Positions 25,601 to 37,908 of a DNA stretch of 64,000 bases are shown here, piece by piece; positions within the stretch are counted from its first letter, which is position 1; every line of letters begins with the position of its first letter. The stretch spans positions 423,414 through 487,413 of the forward strand of contig NIVC01001159.1 in assembly GCA_002269645.1 (NCBI GenBank), read 5' to 3'. This stretch comes from Macrostomum lignano (lineage: Eukaryota). A program made the position numbers and the translations under genes. A model generated the notes under the pieces. The model made no database searches. It was not told the DNA's origin and worked only from the letters and a program-made list of their open reading frames with translations.

Positions 25601-25700
25601 TGTGGTGGCTTTTTAATGTTAGACATGGTGGCTCTTTAATGTTAGACATGGAGTTACATATATGTTTAACATGGTAGCTCTTTAATGTTTGAAATTGTGC
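22700..25700. repeat. 3-kb satellite, 23-bp unit ACATGGTGGCTCTTTAATGTTTG, with higher-order blocks
   Basis: Direct inspection; recurring variant monomers GATTCGGGGTTTTTT and CATGGAGTCACATATATG. Confidence 0.95.
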
Positions 25701-25761
25701 TTTTTGTGTTTAGCATTTTGTGTTTTTAAGGTTTTTGAATAAAAAAATCTTTTTGCACTAC

Positions 25762-25820
25762 TAAGATTCGAACCCAGGTCGCTACATTAGGAGTCCAGTC
25801 TGTTCACATCTAGGCTATCT
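25762..25820 (-). mobile_element. Degenerate tRNA-related SINE head
   Basis: Minus strand TAGCCTAGATG...GGTTCGAATC (degenerate A box, good B box). Confidence 0.35.
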
Positions 25821-26169
25821 TTTTTCAATTGGAGAACATGAACTGTTGCCCTTATAATTCAATTCTTACAGCAAATTGGTTAGAGTAAAAAGTTATAACA
25901 TAATCAATTTCTCAGTCAGCCAGTATCAGTGTCAATTCAAGTTAGCAATATTGTTACGCAATTTAAATCAAGTTTTGTGTGCATTTCTTCGGCACTGGTT
26001 GTGATGTAATCTTTGTCACAATTGGAATTCAATCAGTCAGTTTTGTCTCTAGAATTTTTACAATGCATTTCAGGTCGAAAGAGCTGCTTGACCTTTGCAA
26101 AAAGCATGTTTTTCAAATATTTAATCCCTTAAATTTCTTTCTTAGCAAAGATGCATGTACCGTCCTAGG

Positions 26170-26290
26170 AAAATTTCTGATCGAATGGTGCAAGTTTGAA
26201 GAAAATCGTTTGAGCCAATTTTTCTAAAATCTATTGCATATATACCTACCTACCGACAGACAGACAACTCATTTTTAGTATATAGGATTT
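26170..26290 (+). mobile_element. Possible Helentron/DINE-like non-autonomous remnant
   Basis: CAAGTTTGAAGAAAATCG...ACAGACAGAC...TTTTTAGTATATAGG resembles the layout of invertebrate HINE/DINE 3' ends. Pattern recognition only. Confidence 0.3.
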
Positions 26291-27904
26291 ATCAATGATC
26301 CCTATTATAGCCAAGGTCTAAACTATGCTTGATATCCCTCTTTTCTAATACCAGACTGTAGTAGCATCCCAAACCACACTTGCACTGCTAGGGGCAAATT
26401 TGTACCAGATGCTATCACAATAATGTTCATTGGTTATAATATGATTGATGATTTTGTTATGATCTTTTAATATTTAATTGTGGCAAAAAAGTGATTTCAA
26501 TGTATATTTTAGTATATGCTTATCTATGACTTCAAATTAATCAGTGTTCCCTCCTTCACTCTTAGAAAAAATGTATATTGCTGTGTTAGCCTGCCTATAT
26601 ATACATTGCTTTAACTTTCAACTTAGCTACAAATATAAGTGCACACAGTTGGTGGCTTAGAGTAGAGTCAAATTTTTGCTTTCTTTGTGTGTCTTAAAGT
26701 TTGCAACTCACAAATGATTCAACAAATTCTCTATATAAACTTTTAGCTTTATAAAATTTTAGTGATATTTAAGTCAAAAAGAAAATTATATATAAGCAAA
26801 GATATTACATAGGATAATAGTAATTCATTTGATAAATAAATAGTGAATTTAGTGAGCATTATGACTATGCTATGCAATACCTAGAACAGTTCACTTATCA
26901 TTATATATTGTATATTAGTATATTAGTACACTATTCATATATATGCTTTGCACATTTCATTTCTTCAATCAAATAATAGTCCAAGCTTAAATTCAAACTT
27001 GCTATCCAACTTTACTATTAACCTATTCCCTCTTCCTATATACCTATGTCTATATACTTATATTCTTATATATCTATATGCCTATAGCTATTGCATTTGT
27101 TCTATAAATCTACTTTACTTTTCTATATAAAACTGTATCATCCCACTTTGATTATTTTGCCTATCTTAAGTAGGCCTAATATGAAACCTAAGAGTTTAAA
27201 GGTTTATTACAATGGTAAAGTAGTATTTTATTTTATTTTGTTTATATTACTTGTATACACATATATGTATCAATCTTTAAACAAAATTTTGAAATATAAA
27301 ATATAAGTTTTAACAAAAGAACTATAAAAATATAATATATAGGCCTTAATAATATATTATCAGGCATCTCCTATTACCAAAATGACTAACTTACCAAATT
27401 TTCTATTTTCACCTAAGGTAAAGTGTGTTTTTACCTTTTATTATACTAATGATTATATTATAATATATCATTTGTTGAATCTATGACTATGCTATATAAT
27501 TTATACACTGATATATAGTTTCTTATATAGTATACTTTAATGCGAAAATTCTCTTACTTAATTTCTTTTTTACAATATATTATATCTACTGAAGCTAAAT
27601 AGACCAAATAAGGTATTTAATAATTATTTCTTTTTAAATAGCTAGCAACTCAAAATGCAAGACTTATAGGCCTATATATATCAATATAGAATTTTCTTAT
27701 ACAATAAAAAGACTTACATATACTATCTATTATATAGTATCAATAAACAAAAAATTATAATTGCTAATAGATGATAGCCATAATATTTAAAATCTATTAT
27801 CAAAATGATTATTGTCAAAATTGACAATTGCAAAAGTTAGACTAGATTTTAGGCTTAGGCCTTATTGCCAAGCCTTAATTTTTATAAGCCTAGGCTAGGA
27901 GGTA

Positions 27905-29385
27905 ACAGTCCACTTCAATAATAGCCATTTTGGTAATAGCCACTTTGATAATAAAAAATGACCATGTTGGTAACAGCCACTTTGGTAATAGCCACTGGTT
28001 ACAAGTGAGAATAATAGTATATATTATTTTATATGCTTTAAAAGAATATGCAAACAAGCTTTAAAGAAAGAATGACAAAACATATACATACCTACATGTT
28101 TTTAACTTGTTTAAGAGTGTTTTAACTAATCTATTTTAATTTCTAGATAGGCAGTGACTATCATCTAGTATTGGATAAATAATGTAACTATTATTTGTCT
28201 AGTACTGGATAAATAAGTGAAGTCATTTGTCTGGTACTAGATAAATAACAGTGAAATTATTTGTCCAGCACAGTACAGATATGGATATATAATAAAAACT
28301 TGTAAAGTATAGGGAATACTCAAAAAAGTAGTAATATAGTTCACTTTTTGGCTAGAAGCAGAAAATATTTGTTCTGATTAGATAGTGCTGATGTAAGCTT
28401 AAACTTATTTAATTAATCAACTATATTAAGTAGCAAGCTGTAATATTGCTTTGCCACATTGGCACCTAACTAATTTTAATTAAAGCATCACAGCAACACA
28501 TGGTTTATAGATCATAGTTTGTGAAACCCCTTGAAGGCTGAAGGTAAAATACCAAAAGTTTTGTATAATTTTTACTTTTATTATATTTCATTCTATACAC
28601 ATTGGTATGTTTTGGTTTCACAGTAAATAGTAGTTATAGTACAGTCAAAATTAATAACAACATTTGCTATTATATAATACAAATGCCAAAGTAAGGACTT
28701 AGAGTTATTACAATAACACTTGGAGTTGTTACAATAAAAAATGAATGAAGTCATCACTACAGATTCAAACTCAGTACTGACTGATCATCAGGAAGATACT
28801 CTAACATCACGCTAGTATACCTTGCTAGAAAAGATGCACAGAGTGGCATATAAATTCATGCAGCTCAGCTGGTACTGGACAAATAACTTTACTATTATTT
28901 ATCTGGTACTGGTAGTAGATAAATAGTCACTGCCTTCTAGATAAGTCAGTTAGTTAGATACATGCACCAAGACATCCTATAATTAACCAAATATTATATA
29001 TCATGTACATTGGAATCTTTGATCTAGATAGCAAAAAGCAACTTAAAATGATATAATTTACTTTTTTTCTTTATTAATTATTTCAATTATTTAAAAAATT
29101 ATGCTATGCTTTGCTTAATTTTTTTGCCTTTAAATTTTTCACAATTGATATGCAAGTTTAAAGGAATTATAATATACTTTAACTAAAAAATTTAACCATA
29201 TATGGCAATCAGATATTTGAGATATTAATTATAAAACTAATTATTGCTAAACTTAAATACTAGGCCTATAAAAATAAAATGTTGATAATTGTAAATCTGC
29301 TTTGTTATTGAAGTGGCTGTTACCTAAATGGCTATTGCCAAAATGGTCATTTTTTGTTACCAAAGTGGCTATTATTGCAGTGGAT
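27905..29385. mobile_element. About 1.5-kb foldback-like element with inverted ends built from GGTAATAGCCACTTT-type subrepeats
   Basis: 27905-27995 is collinear with the reverse complement of 29305-29385 (AATAATAGCCA.TTTGGTAA, AAAAAATGACCAT). Boundaries are fuzzy and no TSD was found. Confidence 0.45.
28150..28934. mobile_element. Non-autonomous Mutator-like (MULE) element, 785 bp, nested in the element above
   Basis: TIR begins GGCAGTGACTAT at both ends. 9-bp TSD TTCTAGATA at 28141-28149 and 28935-28943. Confidence 0.7.
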
Positions 29386-29411
29386 TGCATTTGGCTAAGG
29401 TCTATCCACAC

Positions 29412-29709
29412 CCTGATTGCAGCGCAGGGGCATTTTGGCGGACGGCGTCTGGCGCGGATCAGCCTGCGCGGCGCAGCATTGGTGGTGGACCAGGGATAAG
29501 TCGCAAAAATGCCACCCCATAGAATACGGGCGTAGTACTAATTAGATACTGAGGCATTTAGGCTTGATAAGACAATCATAATTACTCCTGCCGTTTACCC
29601 AAAACTGCGTTAATTTTGCTTTAGGGTTTCTTTCACAGGTAAGTCATTTCACAGCGTGGTGCAGGTTGTGTAGGCGTCTGGCATACTTAAGCCATGCGCT
29701 GCAATAGGG
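29412..29709. mobile_element. 298-bp MITE with 8-bp TSD (hAT/P-like)
   Basis: Imperfect 15-bp TIR CC(TG/CT)ATTGCAGCGCA. TSD ATCCACAC at 29404-29411 and 29710-29717. The internal core is shared with 52833-53131. Confidence 0.75.
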
Positions 29710-31300
29710 ATCCACACTCAGGAAAGTGTACATTATGGTGGAAAATTCTGGCGGATATCAACAAAAAATATGCGCAGTGGCATACACGGTGCACAACAAA
29801 GGCTTAGCAGAAGTTTTTAGCACATAGTGGCACATAGCAAAACTGGATCAGAAAAATTTAGCTCACAATGAGTTACCTAAATGTATAATCTGCATATGCA
29901 GTACATAAAATATGCTTTAAGATTACGTTTTTCTAAGCATATCAATAAAAATTGTTTCTTGGTACAAGTGAAACGAATAATAAAATTCAAAATGGGATTT
30001 TACCATAGAGTTAAAGCTATTTCTTTTGACAATTTTTTACATCAGCTAAAATAAAGGAAAAGTTTTGAGTTGAAAAAAAGCCTACATAAGGTATGAAAAT
30101 TTATCTGTTTTTTGTTTTGTTTTAATTGGACTTTTACAGAGTTTTAAGTGCTACGGTGCATTAGTACTCTAGCTATATATTTGTCAATAAATGAATATAG
30201 ACCTCAGTGCACAAATTTATATTTTAGCTTTGCACATAGCACACACTCCAAAAATATGCTGAAATATATTCCCATGCACACGTGACACCTTCCTTTGTGT
30301 GGGGGTCTATGGCCATGGGTCTAAAGATTAAAGGTTTTATTTCTAGGCTTAATATTATATTATAATAAAGGCTTACTAAAATATCTAAGCTAGCCAGGAT
30401 GAACTTTATCTCAAAAACGAATAATGCATTTTGTGTAGAAAAAAAAATTAAATGTGCATGCATACAATTTGTATTACAAAATTAAATTATTTTTTCTTTG
30501 GCTCTGAATCAGCTTTAGTTAGAATGTTAAGAGTAGGCCTAGGCCTAGTCAATAAATAAATAGGCTTTGCACTAAGGGGCCAACTTTACTTTAGCTCTAT
30601 CTAGATATATAAAGACAAGACCAGGTAAATAAATAGACTAAACAAATAACTAAAGAGTGTGACAAAAAGTCAAAATTGCACTTATGCCTATTATATAGTA
30701 TAAATTTTGAAAATAAGCACCTAGCCTATCCTTAGGCCTACACAGAAAACATTACACAGGTTTAGGCCTAATAGTAATACTAAAAGTAAAAAGCACGAAG
30801 ATGATCAAGTATAACTTAGTTCCTTAGTCCTTACTACCTTAGTAAAGTAAGGCCCCTTAATTAAAAGTCAAGGTAGTAGTAGGCCTAGTCCTTGAACATT
30901 GTCCAAAAATTCTAAACAAAAGGATATTGTAGGCTAGGCCTATCCACTAATTAATTTATTGTGAGTGTCCAACCAAAATTGAAACGAGCATTACAAATAG
31001 GGGCCTATTAAGGCTAAATGATGTAAAGAAGGAACAAACTCGAGATATAAAATATAAAACGAACGAATTCACGGGATTTGACACGGAGATTTATATTTCT
31101 AATAAATAAAGACGACAATAGTTAAGTTTGGAAAGCCGAACAAAACTTTTGTATTGTGCTTACTTAGCGACAAGCTAGCCACTTTGTGCACTATTACACT
31201 GCTGTGTACGTTTATTGTCAAAATTTTATTATACTTGCCCAAACTAAAAGAGCGGAGTCCACAAGTGACAAGCAGACAAGTGTGTATGCAATAAATTAAA

Positions 31301-31695
31301 CGAAGAGCTTGCGTGCACGGCAGCCGTTCACGTAAGCTCAGAATTGCGTGCACGGCGGCTATCTACCTAGTGCTATATTTGCATGTATGCAGCCGTCCAC
31401 CTAGTGTTGTAATTGCGTGCACGGCAGCCGGCAATTGGCCGGGACTGGGGCCCTTAAATCCACGCATTGGCATTGGCAAACCTAATTAAAAAATATTTTT
31501 ACTATATTGTTTTATAATGTTTTATCCCCCGTACACCATGGACTGCAAATGTAATCTTAATTCATTGTTTTTTTGTTAACTTGAATATTCATTCGAATAG
31601 TATATGACTTACTGTATTAAGCCTATAAGATATAGCTCTGCCGTGCACGCAATTCTGAGCTTACGTGAACGGCGGCCGTGCACGCAAGCTCTTCG
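31301..31695. mobile_element. 395-bp Mutator-like MITE
   Basis: About 55-bp near-perfect TIR CGAAGAGCTTGCGTGCACGG...; 9-bp TSD TAAATTAAA at 31292-31300 and 31696-31704. Confidence 0.8.
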
Positions 31696-34240
31696 TAAAT
31701 TAAAGGCTTCACCACATCAGAAACAAAACGAAATTATGTATAGTAAAATGCGTTTAAAAACCTTATTAAACTATTAGAATTATGTATTTTAACTTAATTT
31801 TCGCACTTTATTTCATTTAAAAGCCTGTCGAAGTATTTATTATTTTTTGTAGTTAAAAAATGTACTGCAGTTAATATTACGTTTAATTGTATAATTTCCT
31901 AAGAAACATTAGAAATTTTTCCATTTGAAATTCATTTGAATGATTGCTGAATGCTAGATATTTGTATGCATTTTTGCATTTCGCATTTAATCTTTTAAAT
32001 TATTTATTTTTTCTTCGGCTGCTAGGCCTAATTTTGTTTATGGATTGTGATCTTAGGTCTAGCCTGTCAATTTTTTTATATGATCCTTCATCCAATATTA
32101 TTTATAATTGTCTTTAAATTTGTCAAGCAAAAAATATTCAACATCAAAGCTACTATTTTTTGTTTTGTTTTTGATTAGTGACTATATCCATGGCCATGAT
32201 AGGTTACATATAATATTATAAACTATAATATATGTGACTGTGATTGGTTAAGGTTATCATAGACGATAGTTCTTTTTTGTTTTTTGTTTTGTTTTTTACA
32301 TTCCACTATGCTATCATTATACAAATAACCTTAAAACGAATTTGTATAATTGTATACTGATAGTTAAGATAGGCCTAGTATAGTGGAGCTTTGAAAAAAG
32401 AACATCATAATGAGTATTTTATTTAGCAAAACACAAGAAACAAAGTTAAAAATTAAACATAATAAGAAATTATATTATTACCAATATTAGGCTAAAAACT
32501 TATTCTCAATATGATTCTAAGTGCCAAGTCCCAAGATAAAAAATTGAGACAAGACAAGAAAAGCTGCAAGCATAAGTAATGAAAACATATACATTTTTTA
32601 CCTTTAACTATCTATGTTAGAATTTATGATCATTCTTAAATTTAAAGTTTTACTCTAGCTGCACTCACAAAACTATTATATGGTTTTCTTTAAAAATGAC
32701 CCCCTATTGGCCTACGCCATAAAATCTAATTTATGCCAAAAAACAAATTTCCTCATGATATATATATAAGACATTATTAAAAATATACCAATAGCTATGC
32801 CATATGCTAGCTCTATAGTGCAATTTTCTAGTAGATTGTTCCATATGCTGGATACTTTATGTCAACCATTTTTTCAAGTCTATTGTATACTAGAATTTTC
32901 TAGCATATATATAAGATTTAGGAGTAGGAAACTCTAGTAGGACTTCTAAAATAGCCATTAACCATTATAGGATAGGATACTTTATTTTCAAAACAGAATA
33001 ATAATAACAATAGTAATAAGATATTGGTATTTATTCTTTGAAATATTAGAGTAAAATATTATCTACAGATTAGAAATTCTATTTATAATTAAAGCTTCAT
33101 CCCTTTTAAATGTTTATTTTTAGAAAACAAAGAAAATGAATTTTGTAGCACATGTATGTTATATCTTTATAGTTTATGATAGCCTTAAATAGGATAGGTC
33201 CCAGCATAGCTAAGTATATGAATAGGCAGAATAGCTGGTTCTACTAAGTATAGAAGTCAAGCAAATATTCCTGAAATAAGAGATGGTGTAGTATGCCATA
33301 GCTGAAATATAAGCTATCTATGCATCCTGGCTAATTACCATACAAAGGGATTTGCTTTAGGGATATGCTAGTATATGCTAAATAGAGAAAATCACAATGT
33401 AAAAATATCTTTTGGGGGGTTCTAAGTATATTATAGAGTAGAGATGTTCCAAAAGTGTATTTTATATCTAAATCAAAATCAAAATGTACACTTGAAGATT
33501 CTAAAATTTGGGAAATTAAAATCAAAATCAAAATTTCAAAACACCTTTACTATAAAGGAAACAGGGATTCTAGGGATGCTATAAAGGGAACATATATTCT
33601 AGGGATACCATAAAAGGAACAGGGATACTAGCAGTGCTATAGAGGGAACAGGGATTTCAAGGGTTGATTTTAAGGGAATAGGGATTCTAGGAGTGCTATA
33701 GAGAACAGAGATTCCAAGGGTGCTATAGAGGGAACAGGGATTCCAGGATTCCAGTTGTCAATACAACCAGGACTGACACTGTAGCTGCAGATTTACGAAG
33801 GTCATTAACAGACAAAGTAATAACTCATCAGACCAACCCCAGTTTTCTATTTTGAGTTTATGGTTTATGAGTCTCTATAGACAGACTCCAACTTCAATGC
33901 TGGTTTCTTTATCTTTCTTAACGAAGTTATTCTGAATTTTGAAAGCTGCATAATTTTCAGACCCTGGATCTGGTAAGACGGCAAGAGATAAAAGTCACAG
34001 AACTAGTTCAAACTGGTTTGTAATGTCTAAAGCAAAGTATGGGAATAAACAAGCTTAACACCACTCTGTATTTACCGTAGCATTGACTGAAATAAAGGTC
34101 AGCCGGTCTTTGACCTCAGATCGCCAGAATTCTGGCCTTATCTTAGCTTATTTAGTAAGTCCACTTGCAGTGGGCGCCCCTTGTTACTTTTGTCATTTTA
34201 ACATTTAAAAGTTTCCAGAAGCACAGCTATAGTTAGAAAA

Positions 34241-34270
34241 AGCTTGTCAGCTGTTGAACAAAATGGCGGC
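34241..34270 (+). promoter_or_regulatory. TTGTCAG acceptor 12 nt upstream of the GPT-like ATG; the ATG lies within a YY1-type motif CAAAATGGCGGC
   Basis: Motifs seen directly; function inferred. Confidence 0.3.
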
Positions 34271-36332
34271 ATCAGTTGAGTCTGCCAGTTTGGCTGGCCA
34301 GAGTCAACAGGCAGATAAGGGCGAGTCAAAGCCGCTGACTTATCTGAGACAGGTCCTGGCCCTGATGCTGGACCCGGGCTTGCTGGCCAGGTCGGGCGCT
34401 GGTTGCTACCCGGCCGATGTTGTCGCTATGGCCAAACGCCTGCTAGCTGAGTTCCCCGGCGCCAGCCTGGGCTCCTACACGCACACTGGCGGCCAGTTCG
34501 CCGTCAGGCAGCTGTGCGCCGATTTTCTCGCTAGGCGCGACGGCGGCGCCAGCCAAGTCGATGACGTCATGGTGACCTGCGGCTCCGCCGAAGCCGTCCG
34601 CCTGCTACTCGAAGGCTTCGGTCGCAGACAATTGAAACCGGCGGCGGCGCTGATTCCGGCGCCAGGCCGGCCAATGTACGCCGCCTTCGCCCATCAGGTC
34701 GGCGTCCTGCCGGTACCGTACAGGCTGACCGCGCCACTGACTGCTGGCTGGCAGCTGGCCGAGACCGAGCTAGAGGCCGCCTATCGGGTCAGTCGTGTTC
34801 GTCCCTGTCACCGTCTGGCATCCCTGTGTAGTCCCTGTCACCTGGCATCCCTGTAGTCCCTGTCACCTGGCATCCCTGTGTAGTCCCTGTCACCTGGCAT
34901 CCCTGTAGTCCCTGTCACCTGGCATCCCTGTGTAGTCCCTGTCACCTGGCATCCCTGTAGTCGGTCACTCTTTCGCACCCGTGGAGCCCCTGGCGCCCCT
35001 GTCACCGTCTGTTACTAAGGGATCTCTGCGCCACTTTAAGGCTTTAACTACTCAGTAAGTAGTATTGTGTTGTACAAATCACTTCCGCATCCGTATTCGC
35101 TTTCAGTCGGCTGTGGAGGCAGGCGGTGAGCCGCGCATTCTGGTGCTGCTGAACCCCGGCCGCCCCACCGGCCAGCTGCTGACGGCTGCCTCCCTGCAGC
35201 TCGCCGCCGATTTTGCTCGCCGTCGCCGACTGTTTGTGATCTCCGACGAGACTCTGCAGTTCGCCCAGTTCGACAACGAGCAACAGTTCGTCAAATTTCG
35301 CCGATTGGTCCTTGAGCAGCAGGCGGCGCGGCCCGACCTGCCGCCGCTTGAAGTCGCCTCGGTGACCTCGCTTAGCGAAGGTACAAGCGATTAAGGTAGC
35401 GGACAGGCGGATGAGGGTAGCGGACAGGCAGATGAGGGTAGCGGACAGGCAGATGGGGGTAGCGGACAGGCAGATGAGGGTAGCGGACAGGCAGTTGAGG
35501 GTGATGGACAGGCAGATGAGAATAGCGGACAGGCGGATGAGGGTAGCGGACAGGCAGATGAGGGTAGCGGACAGGCAGATGGGGGTAGCGGACAGGCAGT
35601 TGAGGGTGATGGACAGGCAGATGAGAATAGCGGACAGGCGGATGAGGGTAGCGGACAGGCAGTTGAGGGTGATGGACAGGCAGATGAGAATAGCGGACAG
35701 GCGGATGAGGGTAGCGGACAGGCAGTTGAGGGTGATGGACAGGCAGATGAGGGTAGCGGACAGGCGGCTTAGAACTTGAAACCTGCGCGCCACCGTCAGG
35801 TCTGTGCGGTGGCGGCGATCCCGGACTTCGCGCTGGTTTCTGCGAGCTGCTAAATTTGCACCCGACTGCCAAGGCGGCGCTGCTGGCTGTGCTGTCCTGC
35901 ACCTCCTGTCCGCCTGTGCTCGGCCAGGCCGCCCTAGCCATGTCCGTGTCGGCCCCGCCCGGTCCGGACAGTCCGTCGCACGCTGGCTTTGTTGTCGAGT
36001 TGGCAGCCGCCGCTGGTTCGCTTCGACGAAAAGCCGCCCTGACTGGGCGCGCCCTGCTCGAATCTGGCGCGGCAATTTTGGCGCCGATGCCCAGCGCAGG
36101 CGGTCGAATCTGCCCGATGATGGCCGGACCGCCAGCTGGCTGGCTGAGAAGTGTCTCCGCCGCCGAGCCTGCCGATGCCGCCTATTGCCGGGCTGCTCTG
36201 CAAGTTGTTGCCGATAAAGACTGCCACAACTGGCTGCTTCCCGGGAGCCACTTTGGCCTCGAGCCGCGCCTTGCGGACGGAGGCTTCTTTGTTAGGTTTG
36301 CGATTTTATCTGCGTGCCAGCGATGCCAATGA
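34263..36332 (+). CDS. GPT: Alanine aminotransferase (GPT/ALT, class I PLP fold) homologue, probably catalytically inactive; exons 34263-34787, 35107-35380, 35800-36332 (possible extra last exon 36696-36741)
   Basis: KPLTYLRQVLAL, SLGSYT, ARRDGG, LLNPGRPTGQ, ISDE, GLRAGFCELLN, CPPVLGQ, PGSHFG and VRFAIL are collinear with ALT. Junctions CGG|GTCAGT..TTTCAG (phase 0) and GAAG|GTACAA..GTCAG (phase 1). Confidence 0.85.
34800..34960. repeat. 25/27-bp minisatellite GTCCCTGTCACCTGGCATCCCTGT(GT)A, GPT-like intron 1
   Basis: Direct inspection. Confidence 0.9.
35395..35768. repeat. 21-bp minisatellite GAGGGTAGCGGACAGGCAGAT, GPT-like intron 2
   Basis: Direct inspection. Confidence 0.95.
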
Positions 36333-36356
36333 CGGCCATGAGTAGCTGAAGAGACT

Positions 36357-36685
36357 GGGTAGCGGAGTAGAGGGCGGAGGGGGTAGCGGAGTAGAGGGCG
36401 GGGAGAGGGTAGCGGAGTAGAGGGCGGAGAGGATAGCAGAGTAGAGGGCGGAGAGGGTAGCGGAGTAGAGGGCGGAGGGGTAGCGGAGTAGAGGGCGGAG
36501 GGGGTAGCGGAGTAGAGGGCGGAGGGGTAGCGGAGTAGAGGGCGGAGAGGGTAGCGGAGTAGAGGGCGGAGAGGGTAGCGGAGTAGAGGGCGGAGAGGAT
36601 AGCACAGTAGAGGGCGGAGGGGGTAGCGGAGGAGAGGGCGGAGGGGGTAGCGGAGTAGAAGGCGGATGGGGTAGCGTCGGGGTAG
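36357..36685. repeat. 23/24-bp minisatellite GGGTAGCGGAGTAGAGGGCGGAG at the 3' end of the GPT-like gene
   Basis: Direct inspection. Confidence 0.95.
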
Positions 36686-36929
36686 TTGGCCACAGCATCT
36701 TGAAAGACTTTTTGAAGGGTTTTAAAGGCCAATGGTCGTGAATGCTAATCCTGTGCTAATCCGTGCCACCCCAACAACCGCCTGCAGCATCAGCATCAAA
36801 TGCTCGGAACGAGTTCTACTCGAACGATTGAATCGTCTGATTGCCTTTCATCGGAGCTTGCTGGAACGATACGCAGAATAAATTACTTTTACATAGTAGC
36901 ATCGTGTGATTTTTTGCTTCAAAATTCGT

Positions 36930-37321
36930 GTTTTGTCAGCCTAACTGAGAGTGGGGCCATCCAAAGTGAGAATCCTGCCTACGCTGACTGCGAAGGGCCT
37001 GGCTGCGTCCAGCCTAGTCTATGAGCCATATGAGTCTAGGATTTTAACTCTTTACTTTACTGTACTGTATCATCCAGTGTGTTCCTGTTTCCGTTATTCC
37101 GTTCAAGCTATTGGCTAGTCATATGGCTCAGAAGGTATAAAAATAAAGGAATACGACGCATAGACCAATCGATTCTCACATTGGATGGCTTTTTATCACT
37201 TTGCTTGTCCTTTATTGTCTATGGCCCATAGACTAAGGCTGCACGCAGCCGGGCCCTTCGCAGTCAGTGTAGGCGGGATTCTCACTTTGGATGGCTTTAT
37301 TCTCAGTTAGGCTGACAAAAC
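36930..37321. mobile_element. About 390-bp MITE-like element with about 95-bp TIRs, between the GPT-like and TRMT10C genes
   Basis: GTTTTGTCAGCCTAACTGAGA..GCCATCCAAAGTGAGAATCC.GCCTAC.CTGACTGCGAAGGGCC is mirrored at 37225-37321. No clear TSD. Confidence 0.7.
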
Positions 37322-37524
37322 TAATACTTATAAGCACTATGTTAGTGCATTTTTACATAAATAAATCGCATATAGCTGATTATAAGTTTACACACGCTCT
37401 TGCTGACTTCCTTGCTTATCTTACCACTGTCTTACTAATTCCAAGTTTCATAATGTGAAGACGTTAAACTGATGTTCAAGTCAGTTCTGTTAATCATTTT
37501 AAAGTTGCTTAAAGCGACCCTTAT

Positions 37525-37790
37525 CACTTGAATCAGCGCCCCTTAGCACCTGAATCAGCACTCCATAGCACCTGAATCAGCACTCCATAGCACCTGAATC
37601 AGCACTCCATAGCACCTGAATCAGCGCCCCTTAGCACCTGAATCAGCGCCCCTTATCACCTGAATCAGCGCCCCTTAGCACCTGAATCAGCGACCCTTAT
37701 CACCTGAATCAGCGACCCTTATCACCTGAATCAGCGACCCTCAGCACCTGAATCAGCGACCCTCAGCACCTGAATCAGCATTCCCTAGCA
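37525..37790. repeat. 22-bp minisatellite CACCTGAATCAGCGCCCCTTAG upstream of TRMT10C
   Basis: Direct inspection. Confidence 0.95.
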
Positions 37791-37908
37791 CCAAACTCGG
37801 CGACCCATATCAAAGGATTTGCCCTGGATAGAAAGATTAAATTGCTTTTTCCTACTCTAAATCTGATCAAGGAGAAACAAAAATTCAGTTACATATTTTC
37901 AGTTTCAG

